A stretch of 64,000 bases of DNA from Takakia lepidozioides (taxonomy: Eukaryota > Plantae > Bryophyta), in the NCBI GenBank assembly GCA_030704615.1, contig CM060731.1, positions 62,682,001 through 62,746,000 of the forward strand. The letters run 5' to 3'. The notes beneath the pieces are model-generated. The model was not told where the DNA came from, did no database searches, and was given only the letters and a program-made list of their open reading frames with translations. The translations under genes and the position numbers were made by a program. Positions within the stretch are counted from its first letter, which is position 1; each line of letters opens with the position of its first letter. Below, one piece after another: positions 50,147 to 61,870 of this stretch.

Positions 50147-51494
50147 GGCAGTTCAGATTGGTTATTGTTTAACTTCTGCTGAGTGTAATTTCCTCTGTGC
50201 CTTCGCAACATTGTTGACTCTTTTCCAGCTGATAGTATCTGAACCAATTTACATCTTCTGGGGAACCATACACAGTTGCCAAAGCTCGCAATTTCGCAAA
50301 TTCATCTCCATAGACCAGAGATTCCTGCCAGGCATTAACATAGCGTTGTTTGACTTCTTCTTTCTTCCCTCTTCCTACTGCCATTCCTCTGTCCACCACA
50401 CTACCAGACGACACAATCGGCACGTTATAGACTTAAGGACTTTCGTTAGCATTGAGATTGTGACAGTCTTAGAACCTCCTAATGTGAGATTTTCCAGGAA
50501 TATCTCCCAGACAATCACAGTGCTTGAAGCGTTGCCCATACGGCCATTGAAATGCCCATTAGTTGACTTTGGGAAAGAAACCCACCTCGCTTCTGCTTTT
50601 CCAGAAGCCTTATCAATCGCAGAGCTACGCTCGTTTACTTGGGAATTTATACAAATCACAGGTACAAGTCCTTTCGTTCACGATCCCTCAAGGCACAAAT
50701 GGTGCTCTTAGCCAGGATCATACGAAAAACAGGTATCAACAATAGTGAGGGGTGGGCGTACCATTGGTCCTACTACATGCAGGTGAAAATGCTCTTGAGT
50801 GTACTAGTCCCGTGCCCTTCCTTCCACCTGGATTCACCTGCACGTCACTACCACTCCTGTAAATATGCCGATGCCTCAACTCTCCTTGCTCGGTTTCTGG
50901 TCTGCAACCATTTCTACCAACTCTACAAAACTACAGACACAGAGTCAGAGCAAATTAGCTCCTTGTTACCTTTTCGAGTTTGTTTGCCGAGTGGGTTACA
51001 GTATGAACTCTAAAAAAGAGCTACAAACAGCAAAGCAGTCTCCATCGGTTGCAACGAAGAAGGAAAGATTATACGGGCATACTAGTGGGCGAGATTGTGG
51101 ACGTGATTTGAGAATAGCCGAGGGTATGCGCCTGCCAGCCATGGCGTCCTCCCTCCTGTAACAAGCTGCCTGCTTGAAATTTGGGTGTGCTCTTCTTCAT
51201 GTTTTTACCAAACAATAGCGGTCATATCATCGCCCATGCCGACCCCTCCAGAACACAAGGGAGGCTCTTTAGTCCTAAAGGACTTCAGAGACCCCCCGCC
51301 CCCTCCCTCCCTCTCTTCCTGGAAATTTGAACCTAGGAACGCGTCAAGGCGAGTTTCAAATCAAACCCACAAGCGTTAAGTTACAAACCTTTCTTGTCAA
51401 TCACAATCTCAACCTTTCCTCTCAATCTCCCTCATCAGTATCGGAATGTAAAGACAGTAGAATTGTAATTGCTGCTATCGGAACATCTCCAGCT

Positions 51495-51735
51495 ATCAAA
51501 GGGGATAATAGAGCGAAAGTGAGAAAATTGATGGAGGATGGAGGTGTCAAAAAGGAGGCGGGGCACAGCTGGATTGAGGTCAACAATCAGGTGCATGTAT
51601 TTGGTGTACGTGACAAATTGCATCCACATAGTGAGGAGATCCATGCTGAACTGAACAGGCTGTTGGGGCAGATGAAGGAGGTTGGTTATGTGCCCGACTC
51701 ATGTTTTGTATTGTATGATGTGGACTCTGAAGGAA
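51495..51735 (+). pseudogene. Isolated PPR E+/PG-box fragment
   Basis: AKVRKLMEDGGVKKEAGHSWIEVNNQVHVF..HPHSEEIHAELNRLLGQMKEVGYVPD, with no upstream repeats and no HxE/CxxC. Confidence 0.82.
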
Positions 51736-52258
51736 CAACCTACTGCATTCTGGTGAGGTTCCTGTGCTCTTTTCAGTATGACTACAAAAAAGCACCAAAT
51801 TTTTATGGTAGATGACTTCCCCACGAACACAAGGATAATAACTACTTATAAGTTATGGAAATGCCCTCAGGTTATGGGGTTGAAAGTTTGCATTACAAGA
51901 AGACTGAGCAAGGGCTCTCCAAATTGAGGAAGACCGGTATGCAGATTCTAAGTTTCTTTGGAGTGGGTGGGGAGCATCAAGTTTTGCTCAACTACCAGGC
52001 AAATCCAGCGATTTGGCTTTGCCAAGGTAGAGGGGAGGATCTGGTTTGAAGAGCACTTCACCATCGCACAGCTGCTCGCCCACACAGCAGTGCGAATTGA
52101 GGTTATGGCCGTGAATATATTCCCACAAGTGAGTCCTGTCTCCTACATTAGAGGTTTAGAAAAGTCAGGTTCAGGGTTTATGTAGTTGCACTTGTCCTTC
52201 CACTGATCAAGCTCAAGCACCAAATGTCTCCACGATCTGTAATTGCCATGTGACCAAG

Positions 52259-55228
52259 ATGATCCGGATTATGGTACCCCACACGACATACTCAGTGCCC
52301 AAGTCATTTTGCTCAAGACACTCCTTTTTGTCATGCAGTGTGGTATTGCGTCAAGACTGCAATCAGATCCAGTTGTTTGTTGGACATCAGAGGGGGGGCA
52401 GGGGTGTGGGTCTTGGAACAGCCACCATCACCACTGCTTCTTATGGAGGGACGAGACAAAGACGAGAGGGGCAGGGAATCAAGAAGGACGCTTCTGGGAC
52501 CATTTGGGATGTGACCACATTGTCCAAGGAGGCACGATTGAAGGAGGCAGTCAAAATTCTCGATGTCATGGAGGAACAAGGATATCGGGCATACACCGAT
52601 ACCTGTGCTCGTCTCTTGCAGGGTTGTGTCAAGACGAAAGCCCTGGAGGTTGGCAAGGGGGTTCATGACCACATAATTAAAAGTGGATCTGAGTCAGACA
52701 CTTTCCTAGGAAACACCCTCGTCACCATGTATTGCAAGTGTGGCAGTGTTGCGGATGCACGTGAAGTGTTCGACAAAATTCCTAAACGGAATGTGGTCTC
52801 ATGGACTGCAATGATTGCAGGGTTAGCTCAGCAAGGACTTGGCGAGGAAGCCATTGAACTATTTCGGCAAATGCAATGTGAAGGTGTGAAGCCAAACAAA
52901 GTCACTTTCATGAGCATCCTGAAAGCATGTGCTAGCCCAGCGGCTCTGAAGGAAGGAAAGTGGCTCCATGCAGCCGTCATAGAAGCTGGCTTGGAGTCAG
53001 ATGTTCAAGTGGGAACTGCACTTGTTAGCATGTATGGCAAGTGCGGCAGTATGGTGGATGCGAGCCAGGTGTTCGCAAAAATGCCAGAAAGAAATGTGGT
53101 CACTTTCATGAGCGTGCTCAACGCTTGTGTGATCCCAGAAGATCTGGAAGAGGGCAAGCAGCTGCATGCAAGCATCATCAAAGCAGGATTAGAGTCAGAT
53201 GTTCGAGTTGGGACTGCCCTTGTTAGCATGTACTGTAAATGTGGGAGTGTGGTGGATGCGCGGCAAGTATTTGACAAAATGCTGAAGCGAGATGTGGTCT
53301 CATGGACAGCGATGATTGCAGGATCCGCTCAGCATGGTCATGGTGAAGAGGCCTTTGAACTCTTTCAGAAAATGCAAAGTGAAGGATTCAATGCAGATAA
53401 GATCTCTTTTGTGAGCATTCTCAATGCATGTTCCAGCCCAGCAGCTCTGGAGCAAGGCAAATGGCTCCATTCTTGCATCACCAAAGCTGGATTTGTGTCG
53501 GATATCCGAGTGGGGACTGCCCTTATCAGCATGTACTGCAAATGCGGGAGTGTGGTGGATGCTCGCCAAGTGTTTGACGCAATGCCAGTAAAAAATGTTG
53601 TCACTTTCATCAGTATCCTAAATGCATGCTCCAGCCCAGCCAGCCTCGAACAAGGCAAGGGGCTCCATGCAAGCATCATCAAAGCTGGATTTGAGTCAGA
53701 TGTCCGGGTGGGGAATTCCCTTGTCAGCATGTACTGCAAGTGCGGGAGTTTAATTGATGCACGTGAAGTGTTCAATAACATGCTTCATCGAGATGTGATC
53801 TCATGGACTGCAATGATATCAGGATGTGCACAACATGGTAATGTTGAAGAGGCATTTGAACTGTTTGGGCAGATGCAACGAGAAGGCATGCAGGCAGATA
53901 AGGTCACATTCATGAGCATCCTGAATGCATGTGCCAACCCAGCAGCTTTGGGAAAGGGTAAGTGGCTCCATACGAGCATAGTCAAAGCTGGATTTGAGGC
54001 AGATGTTCGAGTGGGAACTGCCCTTGTTAGTATGTACTGCAAATGTGGGAGTGTGGAGGATGCACAAGAAGTATTCTTCAAAATGCCTGAACGAACTGTG
54101 GTCTCATGGAATGCCATGATTTCAGGACTTGCTCAGCACAGTCTTCATAAGGAGGCGGTCAAACTCTTTTGCCAGATGCAGCAAGAAGTTGTGAAGGCAG
54201 ACAAGGTAACTTTCATGAGCATTCTCAATGCTTGTTGCGGCTCAGCTGCTTTTGAGCAGGGCAAGCAGATACATGCGGCTATCAACAAAGCTGGATTTGG
54301 GACAGATGTCCAAGTGGGGTCTGCACTTGTCAGCATGTACTGCAAGTGTGGGTGTGTAGTGGATGCACGCCAAGTGTTTGAGAACATGCCTGAGCGAGAT
54401 GTGGTCTCATGGACTGCAATGATTGCAGGATGTGCTCAGCACGGTCATGTTGAAGAGGCTCTCAATCTCTTTCGGCAAATGGAACGAGAAGGTGTGAAGC
54501 CGGACAAGGTCACTTTCCTTAGAATTCTCAACACATGCGCCGGCCTAGCATCTTTAGAAGAGGGCAAGTGGGTCCATGCCCACATCATCAAGTCTGGATC
54601 TGACTCAGATGTCTCTGTGAGTAACGCTCTTGTTGACATGTATGCCAAATGTGGGAGTATGGGAGATGCATGGCAAGTGTTTGACCAAATTCTCAGCCGA
54701 GATGTGTTCTCCTGGAGTGCGATGATCAATGGATATGCTCAGCATGGCAATAGCAAGGATGCGCTCCAATTCTTTGAAGAGATGCAAGAAGAAGGGGTTG
54801 AGCCAAATGAGGTGACTTTCATTGGTGTTCTTGCTGCATGCTGCCATTCAGGCCTAGTGGATGAAGGCCATCACTACTTCAACTCTATGAGACGAGATTT
54901 TTTCATCATGCCAACTGGAAAGCATTATGGTTGCATGGTTGACCTTCTTAGCCGTGCAGGGCGCTTGGATGAGGCTGAGGGCTTTATCAACAAGATGCCA
55001 ATTGAACCGGATGCTTCAGTGTGGGGGACCTTGCTTGGTGCCTGTAGATTCCATGGGAATGTGGCACTAGCAGAGCGTGCTGCAGAGTGTATCCTGAAAT
55101 TGGAACCCCAAAGTTCATCAGTGTATGTCCTGCTCTCAGATATCTATGCACTGGCTGGAAGGTGGGATGATGTAGCAAAGGTGACAAAAGTCAGGTGTGA
55201 AGAAGGAGCCAGGGTGCTGCTGGATTGA
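52259..55228 (+). CDS. Long PLS-class PPR protein ending in the E domain; DYW domain lost by frameshift and deletions
   Basis: Open frame of ~989 aa from the ATG at 52259. Out-of-frame remnants KKEPGCCWIEVNN, GYVPD and DANRF..CPYGDYW* extend to 55479. Confidence 0.9.
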   Translation: MIRIMVPHTTYSVPKSFCSRHSFLSCSVVLRQDCNQIQLFVGHQRGGRGVGLGTATITTASYGGTRQRREGQGIKKDASGTIWDVTTLSKEARLKEAVKILDVMEEQGYRAYTDTCARLLQGCVKTKALEVGKGVHDHIIKSGSESDTFLGNTLVTMYCKCGSVADAREVFDKIPKRNVVSWTAMIAGLAQQGLGEEAIELFRQMQCEGVKPNKVTFMSILKACASPAALKEGKWLHAAVIEAGLESDVQVGTALVSMYGKCGSMVDASQVFAKMPERNVVTFMSVLNACVIPEDLEEGKQLHASIIKAGLESDVRVGTALVSMYCKCGSVVDARQVFDKMLKRDVVSWTAMIAGSAQHGHGEEAFELFQKMQSEGFNADKISFVSILNACSSPAALEQGKWLHSCITKAGFVSDIRVGTALISMYCKCGSVVDARQVFDAMPVKNVVTFISILNACSSPASLEQGKGLHASIIKAGFESDVRVGNSLVSMYCKCGSLIDAREVFNNMLHRDVISWTAMISGCAQHGNVEEAFELFGQMQREGMQADKVTFMSILNACANPAALGKGKWLHTSIVKAGFEADVRVGTALVSMYCKCGSVEDAQEVFFKMPERTVVSWNAMISGLAQHSLHKEAVKLFCQMQQEVVKADKVTFMSILNACCGSAAFEQGKQIHAAINKAGFGTDVQVGSALVSMYCKCGCVVDARQVFENMPERDVVSWTAMIAGCAQHGHVEEALNLFRQMEREGVKPDKVTFLRILNTCAGLASLEEGKWVHAHIIKSGSDSDVSVSNALVDMYAKCGSMGDAWQVFDQILSRDVFSWSAMINGYAQHGNSKDALQFFEEMQEEGVEPNEVTFIGVLAACCHSGLVDEGHHYFNSMRRDFFIMPTGKHYGCMVDLLSRAGRLDEAEGFINKMPIEPDASVWGTLLGACRFHGNVALAERAAECILKLEPQSSSVYVLLSDIYALAGRWDDVAKVTKVRCEEGARVLLD

Positions 55229-56989
55229 GGTCAATAATAGGGTACATACATTCATTACAGAGGATAGATCACACCCACAAACTGGGAGATCTACATGGAG
55301 TTGGATACATTGACTAAAAACCGGGTATGTTCCTGACATACGCTATGATGTGGGTCTCTGCTACTGCAGTGAAAATGTGGCCATGTGTGGTGATTTCCAC
55401 ACCAGCAAGTTCAGCAAGGGATGCTAATCGTTTTGGCCAATTTAGAAACAGGGTGTGTCCGTATGGGGATTACTGGTGATGGTGAAAGATCCTGTTAAAA
55501 CTTGTGGACTGTCTCGAGTCTTCTTCTCTGGTGGTTGAAGGGGTAGTACCATCACTCAACACATGCTATGTCAATTCTCATGGTGTCTCACCGTCCCACA
55601 TCTCTCCTGAAGTACATTGAACCTTACAATGTCAGATCAATGTAGACCTTCATATATCCAGGGTTGGTCATTTACCCAGGTCCAATCCAGTAACAGCAAG
55701 AAGTAACAGTAAAAACTTAACTTTCATATTGATGTCACCTATATTGAATTGTCTCTGGCAATATGATGCCAAAACAATTCCAGTCACTCTTTAGGCTCCA
55801 GAATCCGTCTTGAAAATGTTCTTCGCAGTCCTGTGTTGTATCCGTGGGATCAACTAATTTGGGGATGTGCCTTATAGATATTGAAGCTCCATCAATTGTC
55901 GTGAGAGGACATATGTGGTCCCACAGGCAACCCTGACTGAGGTTGTTGATCTTCCGACTGATGAGGGAGAGAATGGAAACAAAGAGAATGAAAGAGCAGT
56001 GGTGGGGTTTGTGTGCTCTGGAAAGCCTCGGAAATGAAGACCCACGTTTGAATATGCCACAGCAGCGGGCTTGAGAAGCCTAGGGAAGAGAGAGAAAGTG
56101 ATGTCCGGCTTGTCAGAAGCTGCTGCATCGCCCAATATGGAGGAGTGGGTGCATGACAGGTGACATTCAAGTGGCAAAGCCATGGCCAACAACTTTTGTG
56201 AAAGCCTCACTATCTCCTATAGTGTCCAATAGAGTTGCAGTGGCTCTTCCAAATACCACTAATGCTCCAATGACTGAGGGTCTTAACATGCTTCCCAGTC
56301 AGATTCTGGCAGGTTCTGAGGGATCACCAGTCAGCAGGAATGTCGACAACATCAGCAATGTCTTCCTCCTCCCCACCCCAGCAACTGCACCACAACAGGA
56401 GTCATCTTTGTGCCAAGCACCTAATAGGAGCAATCAAAACTGAATATGAGAGAGAGAGGGAGAGGGTCCAAAGCCCTGTAAACTTGAAATTTTTTCACTA
56501 GCTGAAGTACTCTGCAGGATTTGGTGTTTGTAATGAACCCAGAATGAATGTTGGATAATGTGGCAGATGCAGCAGTGGAGGCATTTCACGAGGTGGAGGC
56601 ACATCTAGTCATGCATCCTTTTGGCAGCATCAAGATCTGATCTGGACATCCAACACCACACATCTGTTTTGCTCTATAAGTTGGACCAGTGGAAGGCCAG
56701 CAAACTGAGGGATTGAAACTACCTGTTATGCACAACAGAGAGTTAGAATTGCCTTGACTGCAGTTTCCATCTTCTCTCTTGTAAGCACTTAACACCTCTT
56801 GGAATCAAGTGATTCTAAGAAGAGATTCTTCATAGAGGAGGTCCTGATAACTTTGCCACTCACACCCATTTAGGCATGCGATTGGCAAGACAGCAGAAAG
56901 GGGGACCTTGCCGGGGAAGAAACAGTGAGAACAGTGTTTGGTTGTATTTACTTACACTACTAAAAAGAGTTACTCAGCCCTTTCTCATT

Positions 56990-57560
56990 CCCCAACACTC
57001 CTCTCCAAATGGAATGAAAAATGGAGCCCCACTTCGATTTCCAAAACGAAAGTTGGGACATAATATGGAAAGGCATCTGGACTAAGACCAGACCTGCAAA
57101 ATTATCGACATTCTTGTGGCAGATAGCCAACAGGGCTCTCAAGGTGGGTGAATGGTTGGAGTTCAATGAAGCCCTACTGTGTAAATGCTGCTCTGCAGCA
57201 ATCATGGAATACAAAGAGCACTGTCTCTTACACTGCCATGTCCCAGTAGCAATTTGGCCGCACATACGAGCTTTCTACCGCTCCTGGAATGCTCAGACTA
57301 TTGGTCCACTTTCCATAATGCTCAACTACGATCGATCCACAAAACAGAAAGCAAGTAACTGCCTAGTATTTGACTCCCTCAGGAGCGCTATCTTTTGGCA
57401 TCTATGGAAAGCAAGATGCAATAGGACTTTCTCTGGAACCACTTGCTCAACCTCAACTCTCCTTTCAACTATCTATTATGATCTACAAACAGAATCAAGG
57501 AAAGCTGGATTGAGCTCTATGCTACATTCAACGGCCCCCGAAATGTAGGACAACTACACT
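56990..57560 (+). mobile_element. L1-type LINE 3' remnant (zf-RVT region)
   Basis: WKGIWTKTRPAKLSTFLWQIANRAL..CKCC..EHCLLHC..IW..IFWHLWKARCNRTF. Confidence 0.8.
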
Positions 57561-60500
57561 CCGCCTTCATAGCTACCTGGGCACATCAAGGAATTATCTA
57601 CTGTAGCACTTCCTCTGACCATTGCGAATGGAACAAGCAACCACCGCCCAGCTGGAGCAACCTCAATACTGCATTCCACCGCATCGCCGGAATTTGACAG
57701 GGACGTGAACTGGAAACACGTCAAGCAGGCCGCCAAGCCATCCAGGCTCCACATCGCTCTTTCATTTGGTGGTCATCGAAATGTTTACGTGTGTCGTGGT
57801 GTAGTGCTCCACTATAGTCTCTATGGTGTTCTATCTGCTGGCTTGCTCAAGTGTTCATGTTGTAGTCTCATCGTGACTGGCCCTTTCCCTCCCCAAGGAA
57901 ACCTTCAATTCTTTTGGCATCTGTACCCACGCTTTGGAAATTGCATTGGCTCCTTGTGCTCTCTCAATGTTCCCAACCTATAGTGACAATTCTCAACCTA
58001 TAGTCATTGTTCCCATATTATAGTTAGGTCATGGTTAGGGGCCTCAGTTTGGGATCTGTTGCTGACATTATAGGTGCACCAAATGCTACAAAACAATTGT
58101 AAACCAAACTTGCTCGGTTTAATTATCGACTGTCCGGTCGAATCTTGACACTATGTTCCTCCTTTGTAGTGATATGCATAGTTATTGCACGTTCTTCGCA
58201 GTGAATTTGATAGCTACAGTGAGAGATCCATCCACTATAAGTAGTTGTGTGCTTCACCCAATGCTGGTGTAGTCAAAACTTCATTGTTTTCCTCCCACTA
58301 TGAAATTCATTTTAAATGAGGCTTTTCATTAATCATAGTGAAATGATCTCTATCTACACTAGACAATGAAAATCTCAACTACTCCATATCACTATCTAGT
58401 GATACATATAACTGTGATGGTATACCTCATAGTGAGAACTTCAACTACCAGCACTAGTCTCAACCACACGAATATTATTCCAATTGAACAAGAGTGTGAC
58501 ACGTGGAATCCTAGTCAAACTATTAAACTATATATTCACTGACAACAATAGAATATATTCTTCATTGGTAGTAATTTACTTTCATATTTCACTATGTAGT
58601 GAACTCTGATACTACAATGAAACCATATAGTGAGATCATTAACCACAAGTAGTTTCAATATTCACTATCGTTACCATATCATGGGGAGGTTATTCACTTT
58701 ATGTGGCTCTTACAAGTAGTGAAGTTTTTCACTATATGGGTAGTGAAATATTTTACTATCAATAACCCATTTCTCGAATTGCCACAACCCCTATACCCGG
58801 GCCTGTCTCCTCATTGGGCCTCCCACCACAACATGAGCACATCCATGGGTTTGTCTCATTACTCTACCTCTACCCCCAACAGGCACTCAACTACTGACAC
58901 CTCTTGTTTTCCTTGTAATATCCAAACCCAATGGCTCTCCAAATCATATTCGACCGTCTGCATATGTTCCGCACTTGTTCCCATCCTTGGGCCGCTTTCT
59001 CTACATACATTCTAGGCACATGTAATGTCTCTGTTCCCAAGGCATTCTGGCCGGACCAACACACCTTAACACCCAATGTCACTTACATGGTTCTGCCCTC
59101 ACACCATACCGGCCCCCTCATTCAACCTCCACACCAGTCCACTTATCCCACCCCACCCAGCACTGTCCACAAATATTTACATGTACCCCAATTTATAATG
59201 GCTGTCTCAGCCCCTCCCACCTGTATACAACCCCCGGTCCACCCCAATTCTTAGGCCCCACTACACCATCTGCTCCATACACACCCCTACTGCACATCAT
59301 ACCCCACCATAATGCTCAGTCCCCCCCCACACTAGACAGGAGCATTCATACCAGGCTTTTTCTGCCTAGACACACACCTGGTGTGCCTGACATCCTACTT
59401 TATAAGCCCCTTAATGCCCCAACATCTCCCCCCCCTCGCTGGAGGCTCTAGGCTGGCAGGTGTTGAAAAGCAACCATATGTTATGTACATCTTCCTTGGG
59501 CAATATTGTGCATTCTGACCCATTTAACTGTGCAATTGGTAAGGCAGCAGAAAGGGGGACCTCACTTGGGAAGAAAGAGTGAGAACAGTATTTGATTGTT
59601 GAGACTCAGCTGGCAGGTGTTGAAAAGCAACCATATATTATGTACATTTTACTGGGGCAGTATTGTGCATTCTGAAAGTGGAAGTATCTAGTATCTACAC
59701 CACGTGAGTTACTCCGTATAACATGAGTGATAGATTTTGATGCAATAGGATAAGGTTGTAGGTAAGAGACTCTTGCATACAGGGGCAACTGCATGAAAGG
59801 GCATGCCATTCATCCAAGCTACTTTTATACATTGCATTGATCACCTTTTTCAACAACTGTTGTTTGCTTGAGTTTCCGTTTATCAAAACTTTCTTCAGTA
59901 GAGTGGCAACATACGATTCTAACACAAGGATTCGCTCTGGAAATTGCTGAACTTTAGAACTTTCATTTCCTTACAGATTATTGCCAGGCTTCTACCCGTT
60001 GTCCTAGAATCTGGAAGAAAAATGGAAAAAACATAGTTAGATTACAGCAACACAAGAATTCCTCTCCTCTGTTCCAGCGTTCCGAATTCAAGCATGATGG
60101 GTTCGCTAAATGTTGGAGACTCGCCTATCACCTGACCTTTGGCCATCCCCTGCAGATAGAGGTACTAGAAAAATCGTAACTCGAAGGATGAAGTGATTTC
60201 AACTTTGAACTTTTCGATCTGCTTCAGTGTCTATGTTTCTCTTTTTTCCGCCTCTCTGTTCCTATTTGTGGATGGCTCCAAGAGGATTAGTTTCCCGCTG
60301 GGTGTATGGCCATCCGGCTACCACAAACCACCGTTCACTGGCATAAGTACATTCTGTTCATAGTTCGTTAGGGGTCTCAATGTTATTATTAGGGAGAAGG
60401 CGTGGCGGGCCGACTGCGCGTCGAGAGACTATGTATGAATATAACAGGAAACTTTCTGAAGCTTTTGCTATTCGCTTTTGCTATTTCCGGAAAAGATAAG

Positions 60501-60667
60501 TCTGCCCTCTTTTCACCTCTTGGCAGTCTGGGCGAAGTTCAGCGCACTATATATCTCAAGTTGCCTCGCTCACCTGCACACACTCGTATCTCTTTCATCT
60601 CCTTGAGTCGAAAATTGTTTGTCTCCAGAGCTTTTCTCAGCTCACCTTTAGAGAATCCCAGTGAGAA

Positions 60668-61870
60668 ATGGGCAAGAGTCGGAAAGTTGCGAAGAGAGAA
60701 CAAATCGAAGGTGAAGACGGCGATTGCAGGCGTCTACCCGAGGAGATTGTAGAGATTGTTCTTGCAAATCTCCCAGTGCGCGATCTTCTTACATCCCAAG
60801 CAGTGTGCACTACATGGAGTCGCTTCAACCTCGTGCAACCTTCCTTTCTGCAGATGCGTGTGAAGATGGGCGTGGAATTGACAGATTGGTTCTTTCCCCT
60901 TTGTTTTGGTCGAGAGCACGGCGCGATTTCTGGTCGCGAGAGTAAATTGGGTTGGGGAGTGCATCATGCATCGAAGGCATGGCAAATAGTTCTGCCTTCT
61001 ATGTCGTTCCTTCCGAATGGAGTCAAGAGTACCGTTCTTACTGCAGCTGGGGGCCTAGTATTATGTCGTCTAGGCATTGACCCGAAAACCCAACAATTGT
61101 ATGTTTGTAATCCAGTGACCAGGAGTTGGAAGCAGTTGCCTGATCGAGTGGTCGATGGAAGAGGCCGTGCAACCACCATGTACGTTGATCACCTGTCCGG
61201 GACATACAAATTTTTTGTCTTTGGCGGGTGTTTCCTCCAAGTTTACAACTCCGCAACGCAAACGTGGATGCTATGTAGATTTCCAGCCAAGTTACGCGCA
61301 CCGCATAATTCTGTGGTATGCAATGGGATCTTCTATTTCCTGCAGGAACTAAGTCACGGTCGACGAGACGTAATCACGATGAACGCATTTGACATGGAAA
61401 AAGGAGAGTTGAAATTTATCTTTCTTCAAAGTTTCTTCACGAGCTATTGTAAAGATATGAGCAAGCCACGGCTTGTGGCGTGCAAGGACACTCTCTACCT
61501 TATCGGAGTTTCATGGGCGGGCCTACAGCCTGATTTTTCAGAATTGATTGTGGACTTTCGCATCACCAGGATTCAGCTGCACGGAGGCGGATATAGATCT
61601 TTTCCGGTAACCCAGCTGTCGCATCATGTCGGTAAGACGGATATCGTTGCCCGAGAAGCTTTTGAAGACAACTGGCAATGCGCAGCAAGAGATGAGTGTA
61701 TCTGGGTGACCTGTGGAGATTGTCTGCTCTGGTACAACGTCACGAATGATACCAAAGGGGAGCAGCGTATCAATCTACATAATATTGGCGTGTCTGATCC
61801 ATCTCACTGCCTCAAGCTCCGCTACCTTCTCAACGCCAATTTTGCACCGAGTTTGACTGCTGCTCCTTGA
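60668..61870 (+). CDS. F-box protein with kelch/FBA-like beta-propeller C-terminus, intronless, 400 aa
   Basis: LPEEIVEIVLANLPVRDLLTSQAVCTTW F-box; AAGGLVLC, LYVCNPVTRSWKQLP, QVYNSATQTW, VVCNGIFYF, PRLVAC. Confidence 0.92.
   Translation: MGKSRKVAKREQIEGEDGDCRRLPEEIVEIVLANLPVRDLLTSQAVCTTWSRFNLVQPSFLQMRVKMGVELTDWFFPLCFGREHGAISGRESKLGWGVHHASKAWQIVLPSMSFLPNGVKSTVLTAAGGLVLCRLGIDPKTQQLYVCNPVTRSWKQLPDRVVDGRGRATTMYVDHLSGTYKFFVFGGCFLQVYNSATQTWMLCRFPAKLRAPHNSVVCNGIFYFLQELSHGRRDVITMNAFDMEKGELKFIFLQSFFTSYCKDMSKPRLVACKDTLYLIGVSWAGLQPDFSELIVDFRITRIQLHGGGYRSFPVTQLSHHVGKTDIVAREAFEDNWQCAARDECIWVTCGDCLLWYNVTNDTKGEQRINLHNIGVSDPSHCLKLRYLLNANFAPSLTAAP

Noticed and set aside
50145-51161. Overlapping ORFs between the two PPR genes
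   Set aside because: No domain signal in any frame; probably promoter/UTR or unrecognisable remnant.
47655-54850. Numerous antisense ORFs over the PPR genes and other long CDSs
   Set aside because: Shadow frames of real coding sequence on the opposite strand.
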